A stretch of DNA of 64,000 nucleotides from Eledone cirrhosa (Eukaryota): the NCBI GenBank assembly GCA_964016885.1, contig OZ024741.1, forward strand, positions 342,674,001 to 342,738,000, written 5' to 3'. The notes beneath the pieces are model-generated. The model did not search any database, had not been told where the DNA came from, and saw only the letters and a list, made by a program, of their open reading frames with translations. The translations under genes were made by a program, and so were the position numbers. Each line of letters begins with the position of its first letter. Positions within the stretch are counted from its first letter, which is position 1. Positions 1-16,721 of the stretch are shown piece by piece.

Positions 1-1370
1 CCCCTATCCGCTAGCCCCACACGATCCCAGAGTGCATCTAAGATACCGTTCCAGTCGCCCACTAACACTAAAGAGCGGGACGTTCCAAGAAAGGTCTCTA
101 GACGTCTGAAGAAATCTGGCCGTCCTGCCCCTGTTGCGGCGTAGACGGCTACTAGCCTGAAAGCATTGCCTTCGCTGCCGGTCACGTCCAGCACCACCGA
201 CTTATCTTCTGGGTCTAGGAAGATGGCCCGTATCGCGAGATCCAAGCCTCTCAGAAAAAGAACGGCAACCCCGCCCCCCGATCCTGGACGGTTGGGAGAT
301 GCGTATACATCGTAGCCACCGAAGATCGGTGCGAAGGCTTGGGCTTCGCAGATTCTGGTTTCACTGATGGCCACCACATCTATGTTTAGTGACCTGAGGT
401 CGTTGAGCAGGTGACTCTGCTTCCAAGATGACCCCAGGCCATGTGCATTTATACTGCCTATTCTGAGTACGGCCATGCTGGATGAGAAACGGGCCAAGTG
501 AGAAAGGGTCACTTACCTTTATCGTGTGGTGAAGGGACAGTAGAACCGTCCCTTTCGCTGGTCATGGGTGTTTCCAAGAGGATGTCAGTGTATATCCTCT
601 TAGTAACCGACCCATTGAAGTCTCCAACTGCGTTGGGGAATTTTTGTTTTAAAGGTTTGTAATGTTCTATTGAGATTTCGATGATGCTTATGTTTGTCGG
701 GAGAGTTCTTGGTGTTGGTGGGGTGTAGTAGTTTTTTTCTGTGATGTCTGTGTGCTGCTTTATATATTGTATGAGTTCTTTGTTTGTCATGTTTATGGCT
801 GTTTACTTTTTGGGGGGAGGGGTGATTTTGTTGCTGTTTTCTTCTTGTTGCTGTTTGGTGTGTGTGTCTTGTTGTATTTGCGTGGTTGGTGTTTTTGGTG
901 ATGCTGGTGGTGGTGTGGTTGTTGTTGTCATTGGTGCTTGTGGTGGTGATGGTGATGCTGGTGGTGTTGCTGCAAGTTTCCTTGCTGCCTTTACCCCTCT
1001 TTGTATGCCTTCGTTTTCTAAGGTTTTTTTTTGTTTTCTGTTTTTTGTGGCAGGCCGTTTGCCACTTCACTCCCGCCTCAAACTCCATGTCGGATTCCGT
1101 CTGGGAGGGGTATATGCTCCACGGCTGTTGGTGGTGGTAGTGAAGCCCTCTTCGGCAATTTTGTTGCTGGTGTAGCTACTTCAAATGTAGCTATTGGTGT
1201 TGCCGCCACTGATGCTGCTGCTTTAGTTGTCCGTGGTCTTGGTACGGGTGCCACGGACGTTGCTCTGCTACTCACCGTGGAAGGGGCTTCTGCGTTTGTT
1301 GCCTGCCCTGCTCTTGGTAGCAGCGGACCAGGTATTGGAAGGAGACGGGCCTTCTTCTTCGCTGTCTTCA
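1..1370 (-). mobile_element. Tx1/L1-clade LINE, 5'-truncated copy (3' part of ORF1 and start of ORF2 APE domain; runs off window edge)
   Basis: The minus strand from 476 reads MAVLRIGSINAHGLGSSWKQSHLLNDLRSLNIDVVAISETR, nearly identical to ORF2 at 32609. ORF1 fragments at 509-1370 match 31593-32573. (TAA)n lies at 1371-1390. Confidence 0.92.
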
Positions 1371-1402
1371 TAATAATAATAATAATAATACTATATATAT
1401 AT

Positions 1403-1485
<83 letters not shown>

Positions 1486-1644
1486 AAAAAATATATATAT
1501 ATATTTAAATTTATTTTACCACAAGAATTTTTGCAACACGAATTGGCGCGAAATTTATAGTGCTTATTCACGTGACATTCAACAACCAACCAAATCTTAA
1601 TACCTCCCAAGCCACTTGTTTCACATAAAACAGGAAGAATTTTC

Positions 1645-1842
1645 AAAACTGATCAGATTAGAGCAAAAATCACGAGCACTCTATCTCAAAATTAATTTTG
1701 AAAAGCATAAGAAATGCGCAACCAGTAAAAACTGAAAACTAAAACTGAATACTAACTAATACTTATTACTAATTTATACTTATTCCTAATTAAACTATTT
1801 TTCACTGGGAAAAAATTGTCAGCATTTTCTTTTTTTTTTTTA

Positions 1843-1846
<4 letters not shown>
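1645..1846. repeat. Single arm of the repeat family that forms the 19130-19512 palindrome
   Basis: Near-identical to 19320-19512 (gattagagcaaaa...ttgtcagcattttc) and ends in (TA)n. Confidence 0.8.
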
Positions 1847-1881
<35 letters not shown>

Positions 1882-2416
1882 ATATTTAAATTAATATCTT
1901 TAATCTTGGTTTACTTCGATTTAAATATCTATGTTCTGCCGCCCTCACTGTCTTTAACACCAAGAAATTTAACCATCGGAAGACTATTTCGATTGTTTTG
2001 AATCCTTACGTACTGTAGACCATTAGCGCGCAGTGGAGCTTTTCACAACTTACTAAAATCACTAGTGGAACTTTCCACACACACACACACACACATACAC
2101 ACACATACTCACACACTCACACACCCACACACACACTTCACACACACACACACACATACACACAGGCTACACACAGGCACACACACGCTCACACAGCCCG
2201 CACACAAACACATATATATATATATATATCCATTTGCATATGTAAAAGCCATTCATATTTTGAAGAAACAGGTTCGGGAATCAATATACTTGAGTATTTG
2301 CGATATATATGTGTTTTAGAGTAAAGGGACACCCTTTCTCTGAAAAAAAACAAACTTATAAAAAAAAAAAAAAAAATTACACACATACATACGTGCAAGC
2401 GCGTGCAAATAAATAT

Positions 2417-2459
<43 letters not shown>

Positions 2460-2562
2460 ACAATAAAGAAGTATAGCTACAATGTATTATCATCACCTAG
2501 AAACGATCGTAAAGCAGTAAAGTATATCTCTAATGACTTGATTTTTTATTTCATTGTTTTAA

Positions 2563-2599
<37 letters not shown>

Positions 2600-2613
2600 C
2601 CCGCTACGTTTCT

Positions 2614-2648
<35 letters not shown>

Positions 2649-2853
2649 TTATATATGAGGAAAATGATAAATAAAAAACGCGCACCTGGTATATATATAT
2701 AAAAAGGATCTTTATAACATGCACACAAAATTGATGTTAGCAAAGTCTGCTTTCTCTGTTTTGGATCGTCAAAACATTTGTTATTTGGTTAAATTGCTTT
2801 TTCGTTAAAACTCCTGCATGGTGATTTTCGATTACATTGATTTGGGAAGCCAC

Positions 2854-7250
<4,397 letters not shown>

Positions 7251-7314
7251 CTACAAATAACTGTGGTGATAGGGTTAATTTTGGTTTCGATCGTGACGAC
7301 AATACAAGTGAACA

Positions 7315-7690
7315 GATAATGATGTCGATGATGATGATGATGATGATGATGATGACAGCGATGTTGATAGTGGTGGTGGTGATGATGATGATGATGATGA
7401 TGATGACGATGGTGATGATTATGATGATTATGGTGGTGATGTCGATGATGATGATGATGATGATGATGATGACAGCGATGTTGATAGTGGTGGTGGTGAT
7501 GATGATGATGATGATGATGATGACGATGGTGATGATTATGATGATTATGGTGGTGATGTCGATGATGATGATGATGATGATGGTGATAATGATGATGATG
7601 ACGATGGTGATGATTATGATGATTATGGTGGTGATGTCGATGATGATGCTGCTGCTGCTGATGATGACGACGACGACGACGACGACGACG
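7315..7690. repeat. (GAT)n-derived repeat with a higher-order duplicated unit of about 117 bp
   Basis: The block gatgtcgatgatg...gacagcgatgttgatagtggtggtggt...gattatgatgattatggtggt is repeated. Confidence 0.85.
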
Positions 7691-8072
7691 TTGTCAACAG
7701 CGATAACATCGAAGTCGATGGCCAACGGAGACGATGAAGAAACTATGGTATTATTAACCCTTTTAAAAGCACCACAAGAACGTAATGACATTGCCTGATA
7801 GCAAAGGGGAAGCCGGACGTGTGTATCTAACTTTATATCTTAATGAAGACATAATCCGAGTCATCGTGAAGTTGCCATTGCTGGTGCAGGTGATCACTTG
7901 TACATTTACACGCATGTCTATGAGGGTACGTAGTTGAGAATTTAGAGCAGGCATGAACAACGTTTTTTTCGATCAGTGGGCCGCTTAAGAAGCTTATCAT
8001 AAGGGGTCACACTACTAAAAAAAATCAAGGTAAAATTTTGGAGTTTTATTAATTTAAATAAAAATGTGCAAA

Positions 8073-8263
8073 GGGCGGTGGATTGGCAGTATCGGTAGAG
8101 GATCGGACACCATGTTTTGCAGCATAGAGTTACGGCTCTTTACTGTCTGAATTCAAATCCCGCTGAGGTTAATTTTGCCTTTCATCCCTACGGGGTCGAT
8201 AAAATAAAGTATCAGTAATGCACTGGGTATTTGCTGGCCTTGTGCCTAAAGTAGAAACAATTA
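8073..8263 (+). mobile_element. tRNA-derived SINE, octopus OK-like family with Meta-type core
   Basis: A-box-like tggcagtatcggta, B-box-like gaattcaaatcc, core gcctttcatccctacggggtcgataaaataaagt. At least 8 copies in the window. Confidence 0.85.
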
Positions 8264-8499
8264 TTTTAAATAAAGAATAATCGTAAACAAATCTATTTCA
8301 AATAACACTACAGATATTTAAAAAACTGAAAATGAAGAGAAGAACAAGGGCTCTAGTGTCACAGAAGAGTGGGAGGAGGAGGAGAAGGAGGAGGAGGAGG
8401 AGGAGGAGGAGGAGGAGGAGAGGGTGATAGGCTTTAGGCCCAGGGTGCGGTTAGCATGCTATTCAGAAAGCCAAACGGGCCACAGTTTGCCCATAACTT

Positions 8500-8800
8500 G
8501 GTTAGAGTGTTCGGCTCATCATCGCTAGCTTGTGAGTTGGATTTCTGGTGACGCGTTCTGTCCTTGAGCAATGCACTTTATTTCCCACTGCTCCAGTTCA
8601 ACTCGGCTGGTAAATTTGAGTAGCACCAGTAGTGCAAAGGGCATGCTTTGTCACACACTTTGTCATGCTAAATCTGCCTGAGTATTACATTAAGTATATA
8701 CGTGTCTGTGGAATGACCGGCCACTTACATGTTAATTTCTTGAGCAGGGGATGTTCCATTGTTCCAATAATTGAAACATTCGCCGTCGGAACCGACGGAG
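8500..8800 (+). mobile_element. CORE-type tRNA SINE (OR-like)
   Basis: ggttagagtgttcggctc head and tgtccttgagcaatgcactttatttc CORE-like motif. Related copies at 24985, 50790 and 60590. Confidence 0.65.
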
Positions 8801-8966
8801 GTTCGGCAACAACACATACGTGTCATCTTGCATTCTATACACACATACATACGTATGTATATATATGTATATAGATATATGTATATACACATATATACAT
8901 ATATACATACAGATACATGCACTTGCTCGCATAAACACATATATATACACACACAGTCAAACACAA

Positions 8967-8997
<31 letters not shown>

Positions 8998-9078
8998 CTG
9001 GGTGCCCCCCCCCAAAATGTATACATACTTTTATTAGAATGCCGTTGAAGTATGTATACATTTTTTTGTGACACCCTG
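8998..9078. mobile_element. Tiny Tc1/mariner-type MITE
   Basis: TA-ctgggtgcc..caaaatgtatacatact / agtatgtatacattttt..gacaccctg-TA inverted termini. Confidence 0.7.
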
Positions 9079-9090
9079 TATATATATATA

Positions 9091-9260
9091 CCGTATTTCT
9101 CGGCGCCGAAGACTCTTCGTCCTCGAGGACGCACCCTTATCTTGACAGCCAAAAAAAAAAAAAATAAATAAATAAACAACCTTCGGCTTCCAGGGCACAT
9201 GGTAGATTTTTGAGACTTATTTTATGAAAAAAGTAGCGTCTTCGATGCCGGGATATACGG
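9091..9260. mobile_element. pogo/Tigger-like MITE
   Basis: TA-ccgtatttctcggcgccgaagac ... gtcttcgatgccgggatatacgg-TA. Confidence 0.75.
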
Positions 9261-9265
9261 TAGGT

Positions 9266-9296
<31 letters not shown>

Positions 9297-9740
9297 CTAG
9301 ACCTGAAAAATGCGCAAGCTCAAAAGAGCCACATGATGTTATAATAAACCTTCAAAAGTGTGGGACTAGAGTTGTTGCTCAAAAATATTGTAATCATTAT
9401 CTATCGTACACTCTGTGGCATCCTTTTATAAAAAAGAGACTCATAACGAACTCAAGACGACACGATAATTATTTAAGCTAATGTTCAATATCTCATATTA
9501 GTTGTTTAGTAATGATTAATACGAAATGCACTTAAACCGAATTCTATATTATAAATTCACTTAGATAATTATCCCGTCGTCTTGAGTTTGTTATGAGTCT
9601 TTTTTTTATAAAAGGATGCCACAGAGTGTACGATAGATAATGATTACAATATTTTTGAGCAACAACTCTAGTCCCACACTTTTGAAGGTTTATTATAACA
9701 TTCTGTGGCTCTTTTAAGCTTGCGCATTTTTCAGGTCTAG
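9297..9740. repeat. Long fold-back element (about 185-bp arms, about 75-bp spacer)
   Basis: ctagacctgaaaaatgcgcaagc... / ...gcttgcgcatttttcaggtctag. Starts at a (TA)n tract. Confidence 0.9.
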
Positions 9741-10503
9741 TTTAATATTTTTTAAAGGCAACGCTTGTAATAACTCTAGTTGAACATGATATATATTAAT
9801 AATAAATTATCGTTGTAATATAATTAGATTATATAATTGTTATTTTGTAAATGATCTTATAAATATTATTGTAAGATGTATGAAAATATTTTCAGACTTT
9901 TAATATAAACAACTACAAAAAACAGTCAATATTAAATAAATATATTTTACATAATAATTGTTATAGTTGAATTAATAAAAATTAAATATTACATACAAAT
10001 TATCTAACATAATAATAAAAAAAATAATCTAACATAATAATGATAAAATAATCTAACATAAAACGAACAATAATATGGACAAGTAAATTGATACAACATA
10101 TACAAGTAAATATGATACAACCAATATTATAAGCATGTTTTAACGAACTAAAAAAAAATAGTTAATATAAATTAAAAAAAATCATATATAAATTAATAAT
10201 ATAAGTTACCTAAACGAGAAAAATATTTTGATGTTAAACGACGAAATACAGGAGGAAGATTCGAAAGCGAAACGATAAATAAACGTGCAAACAAAATGGC
10301 GGATGCTTTTGAGCAACAATTACTCTCGGTGGTTGATTAGCCAATAAGACGATGAAATTAGCCAATAAGACGATACATTACAAAACATGTTTGGCAGGGA
10401 TCACAACGGCCAGCGACACCCCTTGATTTTTTTTATTCACAAGCTACGCATGTATGTCAGACACGCAGATTTAAAACGTTCTGTTGTTAGTCACTGCGTG
10501 TCT

Positions 10504-10564
<61 letters not shown>

Positions 10565-10765
10565 TTAGTTATACTAATTATGGTTATGTAAACACAAAAC
10601 CTTAAGCAGTTGTAAGTATTTTACACACACCCTAAATAGTGGTAGGCAGTAATGTATTACTACCTTATTACCAGTAAGTTAAGTAGCTCAATGTAAAAAC
10701 ATCAGATGATTTACAGAGCAGTTATATGAAATATAAGAATCAAAGAACTGTTCAAAACATTATTG

Positions 10766-10812
10766 TGCTTACAGCTGTTTCCTCCAAACCGAGGTTTGGA
10801 TTCTTCGGAGCA
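10766..10812 (-). ncRNA. Type I hammerhead ribozyme motif, variant core CCGAAGA
   Basis: Minus strand tgct-CCGAAGA-atccaaac ctcg gtttggag-GAAACAGCTGTA-agca. Palindromic stem III; stem I tgct/agca. Confidence 0.7.
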
Positions 10813-11979
10813 ATTTATTAATGCATGGACAGTTATATGACCTCCTTTTCAGTCGAGAGACATACCAATACATATTCAAACATTGATACATATTCAAACA
10901 TTGAGGGTCAACATTCATTACAGAATTTAGAGTGGCAGTACACACTTTGAGATTACATTTATATTAATAGGTACAATCAAAAATCAAGGATATAGGTTAA
11001 AGTACAACATGAAGATAAGTGGTTATATAGTGCAAATGTTATATGTGTGGCACGCATGTGCGTCTTGTTTATATAGTGTGGCAGAGAGATATGTGTGGTA
11101 GAGGCACTTAGGTAGGTAAATAAGAGTGTTAGGTTGGTAGATCTGGTGGCAAAGTCTTTATATGATTGATATAGTCTGTGTGTGGAGAAATATTATAAGC
11201 ATTAAAGATGGTGCAAGCATTAAAAGTGTTATAAGTATTGGAGATGCGCAGCGCAGGGATGTCAAGTAATTCATGTACTTCGGCATTTTCATGGTCAAGG
11301 GAGTGTATATTTCGATTATATGCCTTTCACATAATCCACGACAATCCAGTTAGAGATCGTAGTCTGGTGTTCTTTAGTTCGATACAGGAGGTTGTTACGT
11401 TTCGAGAAACGCCATTGAATACCGGAAGTGTGTGTGTGGCTAAGGGGAGTTAATGCATGCGGGGAGGTAACTCTGGGGTTTCTATATCTAGCCATTAAAA
11501 TGTGTCCCAATATAGACCCTAAATTCTATATATATGTGTTTGTGTGTGTGCGTGTGTGTGCGTGTGTGTGCATGTGTGTGTGTGTGTGCTCTTCCAGCAA
11601 AATTCGAAGAATGAAACCTAAACCAGAAAGCAAGAATATTCAGATAACGAAACAAAAGGAATTTTTTTGATTGGATACATGTACAAAAGTAAAATAGATT
11701 AAATAAATATATAATATAATATATAAAATATAACATAATATAAACAGCTTAACCTTGAAACTAACGAGGTTTCAAACGCATTCAATTTAGCTAACGTAAT
11801 ACAATGACCTTTTCCGCCAACCATATATCACATTTAAAAACCACAAAAATAAGTTTACAATCGTCTCTAAATGTACAGGCTGGTCCGAAAGTCTTGCCCC
11901 CCACCTCTGTCACATATTGTTTTAACTTTCATTATTTTTTGTTTTAATAATATATATAATATAATTAATTATAATATAT

Positions 11980-12172
11980 AGTGATGGATTGGCAGTATCG
12001 GTAGATGGTCGGACGCCATGCTTTGACGCATAGAGTTACTACCCTTGCCATTCTGAGTTCAAATCCTGCCGAGGTTAACTTTGACTTTCATCCTTATAGG
12101 GTCGATAAAATAAAGTACCAGTAATACACTGAGTAATTGCTGGCCTTGTGCCAAAAGTAGAAACAATTAATT
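11980..12172 (+). mobile_element. OK-like SINE
   Basis: Same family as 8073-8263. Confidence 0.85.
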
Positions 12173-12271
12173 ATAATATATAGTAACAATTGGTTCTACT
12201 TTTGGCACAAGGCCAGCAATTATCCCAGTGTATTACTGGTACTTTATTTTATCGACACCGTAAGGATAAAG

Positions 12272-12446
12272 GGGGCATACGGGGCTTGGGCAGGGGTAGT
12301 ACCCTTGATGGTTGACAGCTGCACCCTAACTGGTAGGGTGGTCAGTCATCACCGGCCCCCACCCATCTCCTAAATCTCTCACGTGTGGCTCCAAGCGCCA
12401 TGCCCCGGCACATCGCTTCAGCTGGTGGACTGAACCACGCGAGGGA
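12272..12446 (+). ncRNA. HDV-like ribozyme at RTE 5' end
   Basis: P1 GGGGCAT(12272-78)/ATGCCCC(12400-06); P3 GGC/GCC; L3 TCCAAGC; P1.1 GG 12407-08; P4 catcgc-ttca-gctggtg; J4/2 CTGAA; P2 tctctcacgtg/cacgcgaggga. Confidence 0.82.
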
Positions 12447-13515
12447 GTGGTGTTGACACGGCACCACTAGGCGTATGAGCTTCAACAAGGAAGCCACTGG
12501 TTAAAGAAGAAGGAAATCCTCCCTCGGCACTGGTCCAGGGCTGAAGGCGACCCACACCATATTCCGTGGCCATCGGTTTGCAGTTCTACCAGAGACTACT
12601 CTACTTACTGTCTCTTTACTAAATGTCAGTGGTTGGGCTTCAGGTCAGCGACCTGTTCCCCGAAAAACTCTCCTGCTACGAAAACAATCCATAGTGCATC
12701 AGATTCAAATTCCAAGGGACTTTGTGGACGATATTGCTGCACTTGCAGAGAGCACAGCTGAACTGCAAATCATTGTGAACAATATCAATGTCGAAGCAGG
12801 AAGCTTAGGTCTCAATATCAGTGCCAAGAAAACCAAAAGCATGTTATCTGGGACACACCCACCATCAACCAGTGTCTTCATTGAACAGGGGGAGGTGGAG
12901 ATAGTGGACAACTTCACCTACCTAGGAAGCTCCATTAACAATGAGGGCACCATGGACAGTGAACTGAAATATAGAATGGGAAATGCTTCAGCAGCATTTA
13001 ACCAGCTTGACAAGATCTGGAAGAGCAGGAAGTTCACCCTCAAAACAAAGATGAGATTCTACAACAGCAACGTGCTGTCCACACTCTTGTACGGAAGTGA
13101 AATATGGCACCTTAAGACCAGCCAAGAGAAGAAGTTGGACGCATTCGATTCCAGATGTCTGCGAAAGATCCTGGGGATTAAATGGAGTGACCATGTAACA
13201 AACCAGGAAGTCAGGAACTGCACCAACCAGCAGCTAGTCTCTTCTACCATCTGCAAGCGACGCCTAGGCTGGTTTGGACACGCTTTGAGACTTCCCCCGG
13301 AGAGACTGGCGAACCAAGTACTTAAATGGAGCCCGCAGGGAAGCAGACGGAGAGGCCGACCCAAAATGAAGTGACGCCAGACAGTTGAGAGGGACCTGCG
13401 AGCGACAAACAGACAATGGCGGGACGCTGTGCAACTGGCTGCTGACCGAACGCGATGGAACACTATGATTGCCTCATGCGTCGCAAGACGCGGGAGCTTC
13501 TGAGTCTGAGTCTGA
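12272..13515 (+). mobile_element. Internally deleted RTE-clade LINE (intact 5' UTR, RT C-terminal part, (CTGAGT)n tail)
   Basis: ORF 12694-13374 contains FVDDIAAL..FTYLGS..LLYGSEIW..WFGHALR..RRRGRPK. Tail is ctgagtctgagtctgag. About 12-13 bp TSD. Confidence 0.9.
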
Positions 13516-13647
13516 GTAAGGATGAAAGGCGAAGTTTACCTTGGCGGGATTTGAACTCAGATCATAAAGGGTCGTAACTCTTTGCTGCAAAGCAATGCGT
13601 CCGACCCTCTACCAATACTGCCAATCCACCGCCTTTATAATTTATAC

Positions 13648-14395
13648 ATATATATAAAACTGAAGTTGTCTGTGTGTTTGTGTGTCCCCCCTAATTTTTG
13701 CAAAGTCTATACAAATCCACATTTCTACTCCGATTGACTTCAAACTTACATTTATATATTCCTTGCGGTCTAAAGATATTAACTGCAGTTTTTAATTTTC
13801 AATTTTCTGTTGTTAAAGGCGTTTTTTTCATTAAAACTTTAAGCCCTTTTTGTCGGCAATTTTGTCTACAATGTTTAAGAGAGACAACTCTTTAGTATTT
13901 TGAAAGAGTTACCTATCTTTATAGACTATATTATCCTTACTTAAACGTACACCCCTTGAAATTGTTGATGGTGACCCTAATAGTAACTCCGAAGCGTTCG
14001 GCATCCGATATAACAGTTCGGTCTATATCAGATTGAGTAGATTTTTGTAACCTTAAAAGTATCCAACTAAATTCCTTCATGCTCTCCACCACTGCAGTCC
14101 CACATGCTTACTACTCTGTAACTATTGCTTTCATTGTACCATAGCACAACAAATATATGTTCGGTTTGTCGAATGCCTTTTTACTTAACCCTATCGTCTT
14201 GGCTTTCGTGGTTTAAACATTTTACTCTCAGGCACCCAATTAAGTAATCTACAACGAATTTTTTTTATAAGCACAAAATGTAGACACCATCCCCAGGTCG
14301 AGGTATTCCGTACTTCTCTGTACTGTTTCAGAAAGGAGGGATAAACATGCCAATCTATGTTTAGAAGCCCGAGCAACGCCGAGCCATTCTGCTAG
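13648..14395 (+). mobile_element. Non-autonomous Helitron-like element
   Basis: 5' tatatataaaactgaagttgtctgtgtgt head; 3' GC hairpin gcccgagcaacgccgagc followed by CTAG|t. Confidence 0.65.
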
Positions 14396-14867
14396 TAATA
14401 ATAGTATACTTTTCTATTTCAGAGCTCCTACAGTTTGGAAGAGAGGCTGTTAGTAAGTGTGTGGACACATGATCGTGTGCATTCTGGTAAGAGCATGGAG
14501 GATGTGCGACATGACTTCACTGCAAGATTCGGCAAACCAGCTCCTCCGAAGAGGACGATACTGCGATGGGAACATACACTGTTTCTCATTACTTTTTGGT
14601 AGGGGGTGACAAGACTTTCGTGACCACATTGTAGCTAAGTGAACCCTACAAAAACAAGCTCATGCATAGAAACTCGTTGATCTTATTATTTTGAGAGTTA
14701 GAAAAATAGTTCATCCCCATTTACAGAATAATGGTTTGTCAGAGAATTGTTTCGTAATATGTATGATAAAAAAATAAAACTCTACATTTTCAGTTTGATA
14801 TTGTGGAGTTTTATCCCTCTATCACTACACTACTCCTACTACAAGCTCTTGCCAACCCTGCATACAG

Positions 14868-15336
14868 CAGCGATGGATTGGCAATATTAGAAGAGTGTCT
14901 GGCAACATGCTTTACGATATATAGTTACGTCCCTTTATATTATGATCTAATCGACTTTCCTCTCCCCAAATATTGTTAAGAACGTCGGATAAAATGTCTC
15001 TTGACATTCCGGGTTCAACAAAATAAAGTACCAGTCAAGTACAGGGCTTGAATGAATCAACTTTGATCTTCCTCCAAAATTGCTGGCCTTGTTCTTAAAT
15101 TAGAAATCATTATAGGGCGGTGGGTTGGCAGTGTCGGTAAAGCGTCGGGCACAATTCTTTGTATCATAGAGTTACGCTCCTTTATGATCCAAGTTCAAAT
15201 CCCGCCGAGGTTAATTTTTCCTTTCATCCTTACGGGGTCGATAAAATAAAGCACCAGTAATGCGCTGGGGTCGATTTAATCGACTTCCTCCTCCCTCCCA
15301 ATTTACTGTCATTGTGCCTATACTAGAAACCGTTAT
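14868..15336 (+). mobile_element. Two tandem OK-like SINEs (degenerate 14868-15112; better preserved 15114-15336)
   Basis: Family motifs gttcaaatcccgccgaggttaa..ggggtcgataaaataaagcacc. Confidence 0.8.
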
Positions 15337-15599
15337 ATTCACAGTTTATTACATTTCTTATATAAACGGTTCCGATGTTGAACGTAGGAATAAATCATGT
15401 GACGGATTATTTCGTTTGCGAATTATGAAGGAATATGACACTTAGGAAGGATATTATTTTATCTTTTGTTTAATTACGTTTAAAAATTACTGTCGAGAGT
15501 AACCTTGAAAAAAATTAATTTTCTAAATATAACATTCGATTTAAATGCTAATAAATCTTTTCTTTTATCACAAGCTTAATGAAAAATTTTAAATTAATA

Positions 15600-16260
15600 A
15601 ATTTAGTCTCCAAAATGACTAAATTATGGAGAATGATTGAGATGCATACCCAATATCAAATGGCAGACGCTAAAACCAGACACCGAGGTACTTCAAAGAA
15701 TCGACTATCTCACCATTGAATTACAGATCGTCGTCGGTCAAATGTGTCTGCAGGGTATACTGGGTGTACGAACAATGTATGAGGAGTAAACAGCTCCACT
15801 ATTCTGAACTGAAAATTGGAAAACATTCGTAAAATAAACTCCAAATATATAAAAAGACTGCATAAATTATAATCTAAAAGTAAAACTACTGATAAATATG
15901 TGTGACTGGAAAGAGCTGGCAGTAAATCGGAACTATTCGGGTGATTCCGTTAAGAAGGGTTGCAATATATTTGAGAAAAATGCAGATTAAGCAAGCCAAG
16001 TTAAAACATGCCTTACGTAAAGGCACCATTCTTATCATGTCTGACAATCTGAAGAACTGAAGGTATGATACCCGTGGATGAGGTCTTCTTTAGAAAACAG
16101 GTTACATTAATTACATGAGGTCGCACACATATTCACGAAAACAATCTACGGATACAAATGTCTCTTAGCTTCACTTCTGCAAAATACTACTTGTGAAATG
16201 TGCAGCAAATTGTGTGTTAAAACCTGGACTGCAAAGATATGGTAGTGAATAATAATTGGA
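15600..16260 (+). pseudogene. Decayed RTE/BovB-like LINE 3' end
   Basis: Broken translation with IKWQ..PDTEVL, QLHYSELKIGK and DWKELAVNR motifs. Confidence 0.55.
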
Positions 16261-16311
16261 TTTCATAGACAGACCTAATCAATCCTGTAGATATGTTAAT
16301 TTTTAACTAGT

Positions 16312-16577
16312 CCAGGCATGGGCAACCTTTTTCGAGAAGCCGGCCGCATGAGATATGGCTCATCATCAGGCGGACCGCAAGCGTTAATTTACATTCGTGG
16401 CCACATTAAAAAAAGGGCGGTAACTCAGGTTGTTTTGATTTGTTTCTTCAGAATTCGTACACGTTGTTTTCCTCGATCGTAAAAATGATAGAAAGAAAAA
16501 TTACAACTGAAAAGTTGAGGTAAAAAAATCAGAAAGATTTCACTTAGGTGACTTAGGCGCAGGTTGCCCACGACTGA
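16312..16577. mobile_element. hAT-type MITE (related copies at about 7948-8500, interrupted, and 52831-52983)
   Basis: caggcatgggcaacc / ggttgcccacgactg termini with internal gggccgc motifs. Confidence 0.7.
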
Positions 16578-16721
16578 TCTAGTCTGTTGTTCTAGAGCTT
16601 ATAATTTATAAACTTGTTTTAAGTGTCATTCATAATAAGGCACGGGGGTCAGTGAACAAAAATAGACCGAACAATGAATAATGTGACAGCTAGCATCTCA
16701 CAAATCGAAGCAATCATTATA

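Larger units (their letters stand above)
12187..13633 (-). mobile_element. OK-like SINE split by RTE insertion (halves 12187-12271 and 13516-13633)
   Basis: The halves join to a full SINE, and gtaaggat(g)aaag is duplicated on both sides. Confidence 0.85.
11876..14631 (+). mobile_element. Tc1/mariner remnant hosting nested SINEs, RTE and Helitron; transposase N-terminal HTH fragment at about 14429-14585
   Basis: TIRs TA-caggctggtccgaaagtcttgcccccc and gggggtgacaagactttcgtgaccacattg-TA. Translation YSLEERLLVSVWTHDRVHSGKSMEDVRHDFTARFGKPAPPKRTILRWEHTLF resembles DUF4817-type HTH. Confidence 0.7.

Noticed and set aside
8073-8170. tRNA genes
   Set aside because: A/B boxes belong to SINE heads, and no cloverleaf can be folded.
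9505-9538. gttta-gtaatga..GAAATGCACT-taaac in the fold-back spacer
   Set aside because: Multiple core mismatches and no stem II.
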